Source: a bacterium
Lineage (GTDB): Bacteria > Desulfobacterota > DSWW01
NCBI GenBank assembly: GCA_040756235.1
Contig: JBFLZG010000117.1
Span: 1-30,143, forward strand
Reading direction: 5' to 3'
DNA length: 30,143 nt
Shown in pieces: positions 17,617 to 26,765 of the stretch. The first letter of the stretch is position 1; each line of letters begins with the position of its first letter. Made by a program: the position numbers and the translations under genes. A model generated the notes under the pieces. The model was not told the origin of the DNA. It saw only the letters and a list, made by a program, of their open reading frames with translations, and did no database searches.

Positions 17617-18441
17617 TTATGTGTACCCGGCTTCCCGCGCTGCCAGGTCCAGATGCACCGTGAGAATGCGTTCCACCGGCAGCAACCGCTCACCGTCGGC
17701 CTCGCGCAGGTCGATCGTCTTGAGGTAGCGGCCGCAACGATCGCACGAGCCGATACGACAGGCCGGGACCTCGGTGAGCGAATATTTCACCCGGGCAGGG
17801 TCGTCACAACCGCAGAACGGGCACCCGACGCGGCCGAACGCCCATTCGGTATCGCAGCGGGAACACAGCAGCCGGCGGCTGCCCGTACCCCTGGCGAGAG
17901 AGGCGAAATCGGGCTCTCCCGCGCAGATCGGGCAGAACGGCCGCTGCCAGGCGGCCTCGGCCGGAAGCGGGGCCAGGGCCCCGGCATATTCCCGCAGGAA
18001 CGGATGGACCGTGTGGTTGAACGAGAACGCCAGCAGGGTGCCGTCCAGCCCGGCCGCCTCGCCCGCAGCTATCCGCCCTTCCCGGAGGTAGCCGGCCGCA
18101 AGCGCGCACATGGATACCCGCTCTTGCGCCAGCCAGGCGTCGATCTCGTGGAGCGGGCCCGCCAGGTCGCTGCGGTGTCGGGCCGTGATCTCGCAAATCC
18201 GCTTCGAGAGGCGCGCCAGAGCGCCAGGATCGGCCTGAAACGATTCGGGGGACAGGGCCGGGAAACCGCTCTCGAGGCGCGCAGCCGCCTTCAGGATAAC
18301 GTCCGGGATGTTGCCCAGCCGGACCACGGCTGACCGCTGGGCCTCGATCAGCTCGGCGTGAAGGAGCACCGTTTCCGCTGATTCGGGGATGAGGGCGGCC
18401 CCGCCTCTGAGGCCTTCCAGGATGCCTGCGTAGCCGATCAT
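17617..18441 (-). CDS. fdhE: Formate dehydrogenase accessory protein FdhE
   Basis: Four CxxC motifs (CPIC, CSRC, CPFC, CDRC), RRLLCSRCDTEW, YLKTID, HLDLAAREAGY. Last gene of the fdh operon. Start uncertain. Confidence 0.88.
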   Translation of the reverse strand: MIGYAGILEGLRGGAALIPESAETVLLHAELIEAQRSAVVRLGNIPDVILKAAARLESGFPALSPESFQADPGALARLSKRICEITARHRSDLAGPLHEIDAWLAQERVSMCALAAGYLREGRIAAGEAAGLDGTLLAFSFNHTVHPFLREYAGALAPLPAEAAWQRPFCPICAGEPDFASLARGTGSRRLLCSRCDTEWAFGRVGCPFCGCDDPARVKYSLTEVPACRIGSCDRCGRYLKTIDLREADGERLLPVERILTVHLDLAAREAGYT

Positions 18442-18448
18442 GAGGAGA

Positions 18449-19594
18449 CTATTTCCCGGCGGCCCTCGGACGTGGGTGGGGCGCATCGCCGAACAGCGGC
18501 AGGAAGCGCGCCGCAAGCGCATAGGCCGCGACGCCGGCGGCCACGATTCCAACGGAGATGGCAAGCTCCATCCAATGGGGGAAGTACCCGGCGTCCGGCG
18601 GCCTCGACCAGCCGATCAGGCTCACGGCGAAACGATTGACGACCGTGAAGGCGACGACCAGCAGGGCCGCGCCGAACAGCCTCGAGCCGTTGCGCCGCAC
18701 CGACGGCAGGGCGAACAGCACCATGGGCGCCACGAGCCCGCCGATCACCTCGAGCCAGAACAGCGCCGCCATTCCTCCGTGAAGGGCCATCGTCCACTCG
18801 CCTGCCGCAGTGACATCATAGACCTTCAGGGCCAGGTTGGCGGCCAGGACCGGCGAGATCGCCTTGCTCAGGTCGCCGATCAGGCGCAGCTCCAGCCCGC
18901 GCCCGAGCATGCGGGAGGCCACCCAGGACTCGAGGATGACCATTGCAGGGCCCACGGCGACCGCGGTAAGGAAGAAATGAACCGGCAGGAAGGGCGAGAA
19001 CCACAGAGGGTGCACTTTCGTGGGCATGGCGAGAAACAGCGCGCCGAGCGACGATTGGTGGAGCGTGGAGAGCAGGGTTCCGAGAATCACCAGAGCCACG
19101 GTGGCGCGGCGGATTACGGCGAGGGGCCGCGGCCAGCGCAGCCGCTCCCACACGAGGGGGCTCACCTCGAGGGCGAGCACCGTGGTGTAGAGCATCACGC
19201 ACCAGCCGACCTCGAACATCACGGAGCGGGGGTTCCGGAAGGGGAGGAGATACCAGATCCGCTCCGGCCGCCCCAGGTCGACCAGCAGGGCCAGGATCAC
19301 CATCACGTAGCCGAGAAATCCGGTGAGGATCGCGGGGCGCAGGATCGGGCGGAACCGCTCCATGCCGAACAGGCACACGGCGGAGGCCGTGACGAAGGCG
19401 CCGGCTGCCAGGGCGACGCCGCACAGCAGATCGAAGCTGATCCACAGGCCCCAGGGGTAGGCATTGCCCAGGTTGGTGACGGCCCCCAGACCGCAGGCAT
19501 AGCGCATCAGGGCCGTCAGGACGGCCAGGGCGATGAGCCCGAGCAGCACGGCAATCCCTCTGCTCGGGCGGAAAGGGACGACGCGCGGAGTTAT
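18449..19594 (-). CDS. NrfD/PsrC-family (HybB-like) integral membrane subunit
   Basis: GLGAVTNL..YPWGLWI.FD, DLGRP.R, SVMFEV.WC, LSTLHQSSLG, HPLW; about 10 TM segments. Start placed at an ATA codon behind AAGGAGG (see findings). Confidence 0.88.
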   Translation of the reverse strand: MTPRVVPFRPSRGIAVLLGLIALAVLTALMRYACGLGAVTNLGNAYPWGLWISFDLLCGVALAAGAFVTASAVCLFGMERFRPILRPAILTGFLGYVMVILALLVDLGRPERIWYLLPFRNPRSVMFEVGWCVMLYTTVLALEVSPLVWERLRWPRPLAVIRRATVALVILGTLLSTLHQSSLGALFLAMPTKVHPLWFSPFLPVHFFLTAVAVGPAMVILESWVASRMLGRGLELRLIGDLSKAISPVLAANLALKVYDVTAAGEWTMALHGGMAALFWLEVIGGLVAPMVLFALPSVRRNGSRLFGAALLVVAFTVVNRFAVSLIGWSRPPDAGYFPHWMELAISVGIVAAGVAAYALAARFLPLFGDAPHPRPRAAGK

Positions 19595-20400
19595 GACGGC
19601 TCCTCCTTCTCTTCGGCCGGCGCTTGCTGCCCCGCGCGGTCCCTGAACCGGAAGAGCAGGGCCAGGCCGGCAAGTGCCGCTCCCCACGCGGCCGCAAAGG
19701 GAACGGTATACTCCATGACCTTCTCGGCCCGGGCCGCCACCGGCTCAGGCCCGATCCGCGGCAGTCCGAGCCGTTCGAAGGGGATGGCCGACAGGTAGAG
19801 AACCGAGGTCCCGCCGGCCTCCTGTTTGCCGTAGAGGCGATCCACGTACCGGTTCGGGTTCCGGCGAATCCGCGCCTCGCCTTCCTCGATCAGTGCCTCC
19901 CGTGCCCCGAAGGCGATGGCCTTGGACGGGCAGGTCTTGGCGCAGGCGGGGTGAAGACCGGAGCCGAGCCGGTCGAAGCAGAAGGTGCACTTGCGCACCA
20001 CCGGCGTCTCGAGCAGGCCTTTCTCCCATTCGAAGGCGGGAACCCCGAAGGGGCAGGCCGCCATGCAGTAGCGGCAGCCGATGCATTTCCGGTCGTCGTA
20101 GAGGACCGGCCCCTGCGGCGTCTTGTGCATGGCGCCCACCGGGCACACCGAGGCGCATGCGGGATGCTCGCAGTGCATGCAGGCCCGCTTGAGAAAATAG
20201 AACCCGGCCGCGCCGCCGGCATCGACCTCGTGGAATTCGATGAGGCTCCAAGTGCTCGCGGAAAGGGCCGGAGGATTCTGGTAGGTGCCCCGATTGCGGG
20301 TGGCCTCGGCCGGCAGGTCGTTCCACTGCTTGCAGGCAACCTGGCAAGCGCGGCAGCCGGTGCACCGGGTTTCATCGATCAGCATCGCCCATTGCGACAT
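19591..20400 (-). CDS. Formate dehydrogenase Fe-S subunit (FdnH/HybA-like) with C-terminal TM helix
   Basis: CTGCRACQVAC, CMHCEHPACASVCP, CIGCRYCMAACP, KCTFC..ACAKTCP, YG..EAGGTS, hydrophobic C-terminus. Confidence 0.93.
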   Translation of the reverse strand: MSQWAMLIDETRCTGCRACQVACKQWNDLPAEATRNRGTYQNPPALSASTWSLIEFHEVDAGGAAGFYFLKRACMHCEHPACASVCPVGAMHKTPQGPVLYDDRKCIGCRYCMAACPFGVPAFEWEKGLLETPVVRKCTFCFDRLGSGLHPACAKTCPSKAIAFGAREALIEEGEARIRRNPNRYVDRLYGKQEAGGTSVLYLSAIPFERLGLPRIGPEPVAARAEKVMEYTVPFAAAWGAALAGLALLFRFRDRAGQQAPAEEKEEPS

Positions 20401-20412
20401 GGCCTGCAGCCC

Positions 20413-23400
20413 TTACCCTGGAGCCTTCCGAATGTCGACGAGAAAAGCCTTGTATTCCGGGATCATGGTGTTGCCGTCGCCCACGTGCGGCGTCAGATCG
20501 TTGGCGCAGTCCCCGGTGGCGAGGCCCTGCCACCCCCAGTGCCAGGGAATGCGCGCGACGTGCACCACCCGGCCGTCGATCACCAGGGGTTTCAGCCGCG
20601 CCGTGACCATGGCCACGGCCTGCACCCGGCCGCGCGCGGAGACCACGGCGACCTTGTCGCCGTTGGCGATGCCCCGCGATTCCGCCAGCTCGCGGCCCAC
20701 GAGCACGAACAGCTCGGGTTGGATCTCGGCCAGCCAAGGCAGGGTTCGCGACATGGCGCCGGCTTGCCAGTGTTCGCCGAGCCGGAAGGTGGTGCAGACC
20801 ACGGGAAACCGGTCGCACGTGCCGATCCGGTCGCCGATCGGCGCCTCGTGGTCGGTCGTCCAGATCTTGATCACCGGATTGCGCTGGCAGCCGGACAGGA
20901 GATTGCGGACCGGAGACTCGACCGGCTCGTAATGCTCCGGCAGCGGCCCATCGCGCAGGCCGCTCGGGGCGAAGAGCCAGGCCTTGCCGTCCGCCTTCAT
21001 GAGAAACGGATCGGCGCCGGAGTGCGCGGCCAGCCCCGGCGCGGCCGGGTCGGCCGCGGCTCCCGGCCCCTTGGTCGCAACGAAGTCCGGGACGTCGTAG
21101 CCGGTCCACCGGTGCGCCGCGCCGTCCCACCAGATCAGCCTCTTCTCCTCCGACCACGGCCTGCCGTCCGGCCGCGCCGAGGCGCGGTTGTAAAGAATGT
21201 GGCGATTGGCCGGCCAGGTGAAGCCCCAGTAGGGATACAGGCCCAGATCGCCCGGGTCCTTCTGGCCGCGCCGGCGCGCCGCGGGACGCCAGATGCCGCG
21301 GCCGTCGTCGGCCGGGGCGAAGTAGCCTGCGTAGAGCCAGTTGCCGCACGCCAGCGCGTGCGCATTCGCGGCCGCCGCCAGAGTGGAAAAGCCCGGCAGC
21401 AGACGCCCTCTCTCCAGGATGCAGGTGCCCGCGTCGTCCCTCACGTCATCCACGGCATAGCCGTTGATCTCCCTCGCCACCAGCTCGATGTCCGGCTCTC
21501 CCTCCTCGCCGCCGTAAGACCAGTTGAGATCCAGGAGCGGGCGGTCCTTGGGATCGGCCGAGTCCCGGTAAAGCTTCTTGAGCGCCCCGGCCAGACGGTC
21601 GAGGATCCAGGCGTCGCTCCTGGCCTCTGCCGGGCCTTGCGCGACCCGGGAGCGCCACTGAACGCGGCGGCCGCTGGTGACGATGGTGCCGGACTTCTCC
21701 ATGGCATCGAGGACCGGCAGGAGAAGTACTTCCGTGGCGATCGAGCCGGGGTCCGTCCCGGGGGCCTTCCAGAAGCTCGCGGTTTCGGTCTCGAACAGGT
21801 CCATGACCACGAGCCATTCAAGCTTTCCCAGCGCCTTTCGTTCCATCCGCGCATTCGGACCCGAGACCGCCGGGTTCTGTCCCATGCAGATCAGCCCGCG
21901 GATGACGCCGGCCCCCATCGCCTGGAACAGGGGAATCCAGGAGCAGTTGCCGCTCGACTTGGGCAGATACGCATACGCATAGTCGTTGTCCCGGGTGGCG
22001 GCATCCCCGTACCAGGCTTTCATCAGGGCGGCGAAGAAGCGCGGGCCGTTCACCCAATAGCCGGTGCGGTCGAATTTCGCCGCATAAGCCTGGAAGTCCG
22101 CATGCCGGTCCGTCGGCGCGCCGAGGTACCCGGGCAGGTCGTGGTAGAGCAGGCCCATGTCGGTCGAGCCCTGCACGTTGGATTCCCCGCGCAGCGCGTT
22201 CAAGCCGCCGCCCGGGATGCCGATGTTGCCGAGCAGGAGCTGGAGAATCGCCATGGCGCGCACGTTCTGGCTGCCGACGGTGTGCTGGGTCTGCCCCATG
22301 GCATAAAGGATCGTCCCGGCCTTGTGCGGCGCGCCGGTGGCGCAGAAGGTCTCGGCAACTCGTAGGAATTTCTCGTGGGGCGTGCCGCAGATGCGCTCCA
22401 CGAGCTGGGGCGTGTAGCGGGCGAAGTGCCTCCTGAGGTGCATGAAGACGCATTGCGGGTGGTCGAGCTCCGCGGCCTGCTTCGGTACGCTCACCTCTTC
22501 GTCCGTCTCCGTCCCCTGCGGGCCTCGGACCCTCATGCGGACCCTCTGGGTCTGGTACTGCCAGCTTGCGGGGTCGTAGACCCCCTTGTGCGCGTCGAAA
22601 CCGGAGAACAGACCGTCGAGTTCCGCGGGGCTCTGATAAGCGGGATGGATCAGAGTCAGGGCGTTGGTGTAGGCCTTGACGTACTCCGCGTTGAACAGCC
22701 CGTTCTCGATGGCGTGGCGGACGAGGCCCCCGAGGAACACGATGTCGGTGCCGGGGCGCAGGGGCGCATAGAGGTCCGCAGCCGCGGCGCTGCGTGTAAA
22801 CGCAGGATCTGCGACGATGAGCTTTGCGCCCCGTTCGCGGGTCGCGTTGATCCACAGGAAGGAGGCAGGGTGGTTGCTGGCCGGGTTCGCGCCGATCACG
22901 AAGATGACGTCGGCGTTCTTCAGATCGATCCAGTCGTTGGTCATGGCGCCGCGGCCGAGGGTGGGGGCCAGACCGGCCACCGTGGCCGAGTGTCAGATGC
23001 GCGCCTGGTGCTCGAGGTAGACCACGCCCAGGGAGCGCATCAGCTTGGTCGCGAGGTAACACTCCTCGTTGCTGTTGGCCGCGCCTCCCAGCCAGGCAAT
23101 GCCTTCGGTGCGGTTGACCGTCACTTCCTGCGTGTCCACCCGCACCGTCCGGGTAAAGGTTTCCTCCCGGGTCTGCTTCACGCGCTCGGCAATGCGCTCG
23201 ATGGCCCACTTCCAGGGCTTCTGCTCCCACCGGGTCGAACCCGGAGCGCGGTAGCGCACCGCATCCAAGCGAAGCGGGCTGTTCGAGAGCTGGCGCACCG
23301 AGATGGACTTGGGATCGAGCGCGCCGCGGTTGATGGGATTGTCGGGGTCCCCTTCGACGTTCACGATGCGTCCCTTCTCGTCGGTGGCGATGACCAGACC

Positions 23401-23562
23401 GCAGCCGCACGAACAATAGGGGCAGATCGTCACCGCCTCGCCGATCTTCTTGTGGAGCGGGAGCCCGTCCGCGCCGGCGGCGCGCGCGCAGGATGCCGGC
23501 AGGAGGAGACCGCCGCTCGCGGCAGCGGCAGATCGGAGGAACGCTCTTCGGCTGATCTTCAT
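20413..23562 (-). CDS. fdnG: Formate dehydrogenase alpha subunit, Tat-exported selenoprotein (1049 aa, Sec190)
   Basis: ORFs 22993-23562 and 20413-22980 are in frame and joined by a TGA in EHQARI-U-HSATVAGL. SRRAFLR Tat motif; YAMGQTQHTVG, ALRGESNVQG, PEHYEP, IPEYKAFLV. Confidence 0.96.
22958..22995 (-). promoter_or_regulatory. Sec UGA codon and bacterial SECIS hairpin
   Basis: UGA CAC UCG GCC ACG GUG GCC GGU CUG GCC CCC ACC: a GGCC/GGCC stem closes GGUCU at the same register as the E. coli fdhF SECIS (GCA GGU CUG C). Confidence 0.85.
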
Positions 23563-23654
23563 GGGCGCCCTCGCGGAGGTGGCGATCGAGGCCCCTCTGC
23601 GGAAGCGGTGCGCTCGGTCAAGCGCTCGATCCTATTCATAGCCGACCGGTCGTC

Positions 23655-23696
23655 ATTATAGAAGGGCTCTCCTGTTTCGGCAACCGCATTTCGGCA
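23655..23696 (-). promoter_or_regulatory. Sigma70 promoter of the fdh operon with overlapping direct repeat
   Basis: TTGCCG-N17-TATAAT (23683-23655). TGCCGAAA occurs twice (23696-23689, 23682-23675). Confidence 0.7.
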
Positions 23697-23884
23697 GCCG
23701 CAGCCCGCCTGTCGCCGGCCCCCGAGGGGCTCTCTGTCCCGCGCGACCAAGCGGGGGAGCCGGCCATCCAAGTTCCGTGCGCGGCCCGAAAGGGGCGGGG
23801 GCAGGCGCATCCATCGGGCTTCGGCCTCCATCCATTAGGTTATGGGGAGTAGATGACGGACGGAACTCTATAAGGAGATAGACC

Positions 23885-24457
23885 ATGCAATCAGCAGAAA
23901 AGCTGGAAAAATCAGCCGTGATCAACGGCATCGACACGGATGCCCTGAAGGACCTGGTCAGCCAGGTAGCCGCGGACCCGAAGCGCGCCATGACCCACTG
24001 GCAGGTGGTCAGCACCTGGAAAGGAGGGACCCGTTCCGATGCGCACGTCTCCGGGTACACCTTCGGCGGGACCCACGTGAAGAAGAACTTCACCATCCAG
24101 GCCGATGAGCCGCTGGAGCTCGGAGGGACCAACCGCTTTGCCAACCCGCAGGAGATCCTGATGGCGGCCTTCAACGCCTGCATGATGGTCGGCTATGCGG
24201 CGGGCTGCGCGATGGAGGGGATCGAGCTGGAGGACCTCCGGATCGAAACCCAGGGAGACATAGACCTTCGAGGCTTCTTCGGTCTCGACCCCAACGTAAA
24301 GCCCGGCTACAGCGAGATCCAATACACTGTGCATATCAAGGGAAAGGGCACGCCCGAGCAGTTCAGGAAAGTCCACGAGAACGTCTGTGCCACTTCTCCG
24401 AACCGCTTCAACCTGGCCAACCCCATCCGACTGGAATCCAAGCTCGTGGTGGAGTGA
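23885..24457 (+). CDS. OsmC/Ohr-like family protein
   Basis: INGID, ADEPLELGGTN..ANPQE.LMAAFNAC, GDIDLRGFFGL, TSP. AAGGAG RBS. Confidence 0.88.
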   Translation: MQSAEKLEKSAVINGIDTDALKDLVSQVAADPKRAMTHWQVVSTWKGGTRSDAHVSGYTFGGTHVKKNFTIQADEPLELGGTNRFANPQEILMAAFNACMMVGYAAGCAMEGIELEDLRIETQGDIDLRGFFGLDPNVKPGYSEIQYTVHIKGKGTPEQFRKVHENVCATSPNRFNLANPIRLESKLVVE

Positions 24458-24476
24458 AGGCGGTGGAGTGAAGGCG
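24448..24476. repeat. 14-bp tandem duplication spanning a stop codon
   Basis: GGTGGAGTGAAGGC x2. The first copy contains the TGA of the OsmC-family gene. Confidence 0.85.
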
Positions 24477-24554
24477 AAAGAGGCCGTCGCTGTTGCCTGG
24501 CGGCGGCCTCACGCTGATCTCTTTTCATCCGACCTGACGTTCGCGAGGGACGCG

Positions 24555-25310
24555 TCAGTCACCGGCATCCAGCTCGGGATAATGCCGGAAGATCCCGTTC
24601 TCGTTGAAGGGTACGCGGCGCGGCGAGTCGAGGTAGGCGGCGATCCGAGGCCCCTGGGCGACCGCGTCATGGAGCGCGCTCAGTCCCGGGATCTTCGGTT
24701 CGAACCGGGCCATGGCGTTCGGGAAGGCGTAACGCAGGCCCGCGATCACCTGGAAGGCCGAAAGGTCCGGGTAGGAGCGCCGACTGCCTACCAGGTATCT
24801 TCCCCGGCCCGCGCCGTTCCGGGCCAGGACGCGTTCGAAGTAGGAAAGAAACTTGGGCATCCTGTCGGAGAGGAACGCCGCGGCACGGGCGCGGGCCTCC
24901 TCCTTCTGGTCCTCGTAGTAGAGATCCACGGAAATGGGGTGGTGCGTGTCGTGGGCCTCGGCCACCAGGTCCGCGATCGTGAGCTGCAGCTGATGGGCCG
25001 CGAGCCGGAGCGCGTCGCTCTTCGGCACGAGCCCGAGCCGGGGTCCGAGGAAGCACAGGATGGCCGCGGTCTGCGCCAGCACGAGGTCGCCCGCCTTGAG
25101 AAACGGCGGCGCGAAGGGAAGCGTGCCGCCGGCCTTGCCGTTCAGGAGCTTCATCATGGCGCCGGCGCCCCCGCCTTCCCGCTGCTTCAGGCGGGCCACG
25201 TCGACGTACGGCACGCCGGCCTCTTCGAAGGCGAGCCGCACGAACTCGCCCCGACCCTGGATTCCCGGCCAGTAGTAAAGCTCGTAGCGGGGTTCCTCGC
25301 GTTTCGGCAT
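24555..25310 (-). CDS. Glutathione S-transferase
   Basis: YELYYWPGIQGRGEFVRLAFEEAG, FAPPFL, LAQTAAI, SYPDLSAFQ. Confidence 0.92.
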   Translation of the reverse strand: MPKREEPRYELYYWPGIQGRGEFVRLAFEEAGVPYVDVARLKQREGGGAGAMMKLLNGKAGGTLPFAPPFLKAGDLVLAQTAAILCFLGPRLGLVPKSDALRLAAHQLQLTIADLVAEAHDTHHPISVDLYYEDQKEEARARAAAFLSDRMPKFLSYFERVLARNGAGRGRYLVGSRRSYPDLSAFQVIAGLRYAFPNAMARFEPKIPGLSALHDAVAQGPRIAAYLDSPRRVPFNENGIFRHYPELDAGD

Positions 25311-25386
25311 GGGCTCCCCCGAGGGATCCGGTCGGCGGGCTGCGGCCTTTGCCAGGATAAGATGCCGGCTTCGGTCAAAAGGTCTT

Positions 25387-26727
25387 TTACCAGAGGACCA
25401 GCGCGGCGCTCACCAGCACGACGTAGACCGCGCAAAAGATCAGCTCGAAGCCGAGGATGTCCTTGAAGTCGAGCTTCGCCACCGCCAGCAGCGGGAGGGC
25501 CCAGAAGGGCTGGATCAGGTTCGTGCCCATGTCGCCGAAAGCGTAGCTGACGGCGAGCTTGCCCGTATCCACGCCGAGCTGCGAGGCGGCCTCGAGGAGG
25601 TAAGGCGCCTCGATCACCCACTTGGACCCGCCGGAAGGGACGAAGTAGTTCAAGATCGAGGAGTACCAGAAGATGATCACCGGGAAGGTTCGGGGGGTCG
25701 CGAGGCTGACGAAGGCTTCGGAGATCGAGCTGGCCAGGCCGCTGTCCTTGATGAGCCCGTACATGCCGGCGTAGAGAGGAAATTGCAGGACAATGCCGTG
25801 GAGGAGCGTTCCGGCCTGACGCGCGGAGCGCAGGAGCGCCCTGGGGGACGGGTGCAGGAGAACGGCCAGCATGAGAACGCAGAAATTGACCGTGTCCAGC
25901 GTGAGGCTGAGGCCGCTGGTGCGGAACCGGTCGGCGATCCACAGGAGGCCCGGAAGCGCCAGCGCCAGGTTGACGATTCGGCTGCCCTCGAGCCTTGCGG
26001 CGGGCGTGCTCGGAGCGCCGTCCGCGGGGGCGGCCGCGTCGAGATCGTCTTGCGGAATCTGCTCCGGCGCGACGCGCACGCGGTTCTCCGAAGCCGGCAG
26101 GAGCATGGCCGCCACCGCGATGAGCACCGCGGATACGGTCGCGACCGTGAGCAGGGGCCACGTCCGGAACACGGTCCGGGTGAGCGGCAGGATGCCCGTG
26201 GTCGACTCCAGGAAGTGGCCGGGCGTCGCCAGCAGCAGCGGGACCGAGCCCGAGGGGCCCATGTGCCAGGAGCACCCCATGCCGAGGTAGGCCACGGCCA
26301 CGAGCAGCCGGTAGTCCGCATCCGGGTGCCGCCGCGCAAAGGACGAGACCATCATGGCGGAAGCGATCAGCCCCACGCCCCAGTTCAGCCAGCAGAGGAC
26401 GACCGATGCGAAGGCGAGCAGGGCCACGGCGCCCCGGGGCGAGCGCGGCACGGAAGCTGCGGCGTCCAGCAGGCGCCGGACCGGAGGCGAGACGGCCAGG
26501 AGGTAACCGGAGAAGACCACCAGGCTCATCTGCATGCCGAAGGTGAGGAGCGTCCAGAAGCCGTTTCCCCAGTGGCGGACGCACTCCAGCGGGCCGGACT
26601 TGCCCAGGAGCAGGGCGAGGCAGAAGGTGAGCACGGTCAGGAGGACCGCAATCACGAAGGCGTCCGGTGTGTATCGCCTGGCGACCGCCGCGAGCCCGCG
26701 GCTGATGCGATCGAGCCTCTTCCCCAC
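25387..26727 (-). CDS. atoE: Short-chain fatty acid transporter (AtoE family)
   Basis: PDAFVIAVLLT, WGNGFWTLLTFGMQM, DYRLLVAVAY, FVPSGGSKW, TNLIQPFWALPLL. GTG start behind GGGGGA. Confidence 0.88.
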   Translation of the reverse strand: MGKRLDRISRGLAAVARRYTPDAFVIAVLLTVLTFCLALLLGKSGPLECVRHWGNGFWTLLTFGMQMSLVVFSGYLLAVSPPVRRLLDAAASVPRSPRGAVALLAFASVVLCWLNWGVGLIASAMMVSSFARRHPDADYRLLVAVAYLGMGCSWHMGPSGSVPLLLATPGHFLESTTGILPLTRTVFRTWPLLTVATVSAVLIAVAAMLLPASENRVRVAPEQIPQDDLDAAAPADGAPSTPAARLEGSRIVNLALALPGLLWIADRFRTSGLSLTLDTVNFCVLMLAVLLHPSPRALLRSARQAGTLLHGIVLQFPLYAGMYGLIKDSGLASSISEAFVSLATPRTFPVIIFWYSSILNYFVPSGGSKWVIEAPYLLEAASQLGVDTGKLAVSYAFGDMGTNLIQPFWALPLLAVAKLDFKDILGFELIFCAVYVVLVSAALVLW

Positions 26728-26765
26728 CCTGCGGTCCCCCCGGTGCTTCGGATGCGACCCGTCTC

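Noticed and set aside
22993..23562. Separate 189-aa gene or fdnG nonsense pseudogene
   Set aside because: The stop is the Sec UGA, in frame and followed by a SECIS.
19624..23661. 913-aa and 428-aa plus-strand ORFs
   Set aside because: Antisense shadows of the fdh operon.
23563..23830. Moco/Wco riboswitch upstream of fdh
   Set aside because: I could not find the characteristic conserved elements, and the leader is short. An Rfam scan would settle it.
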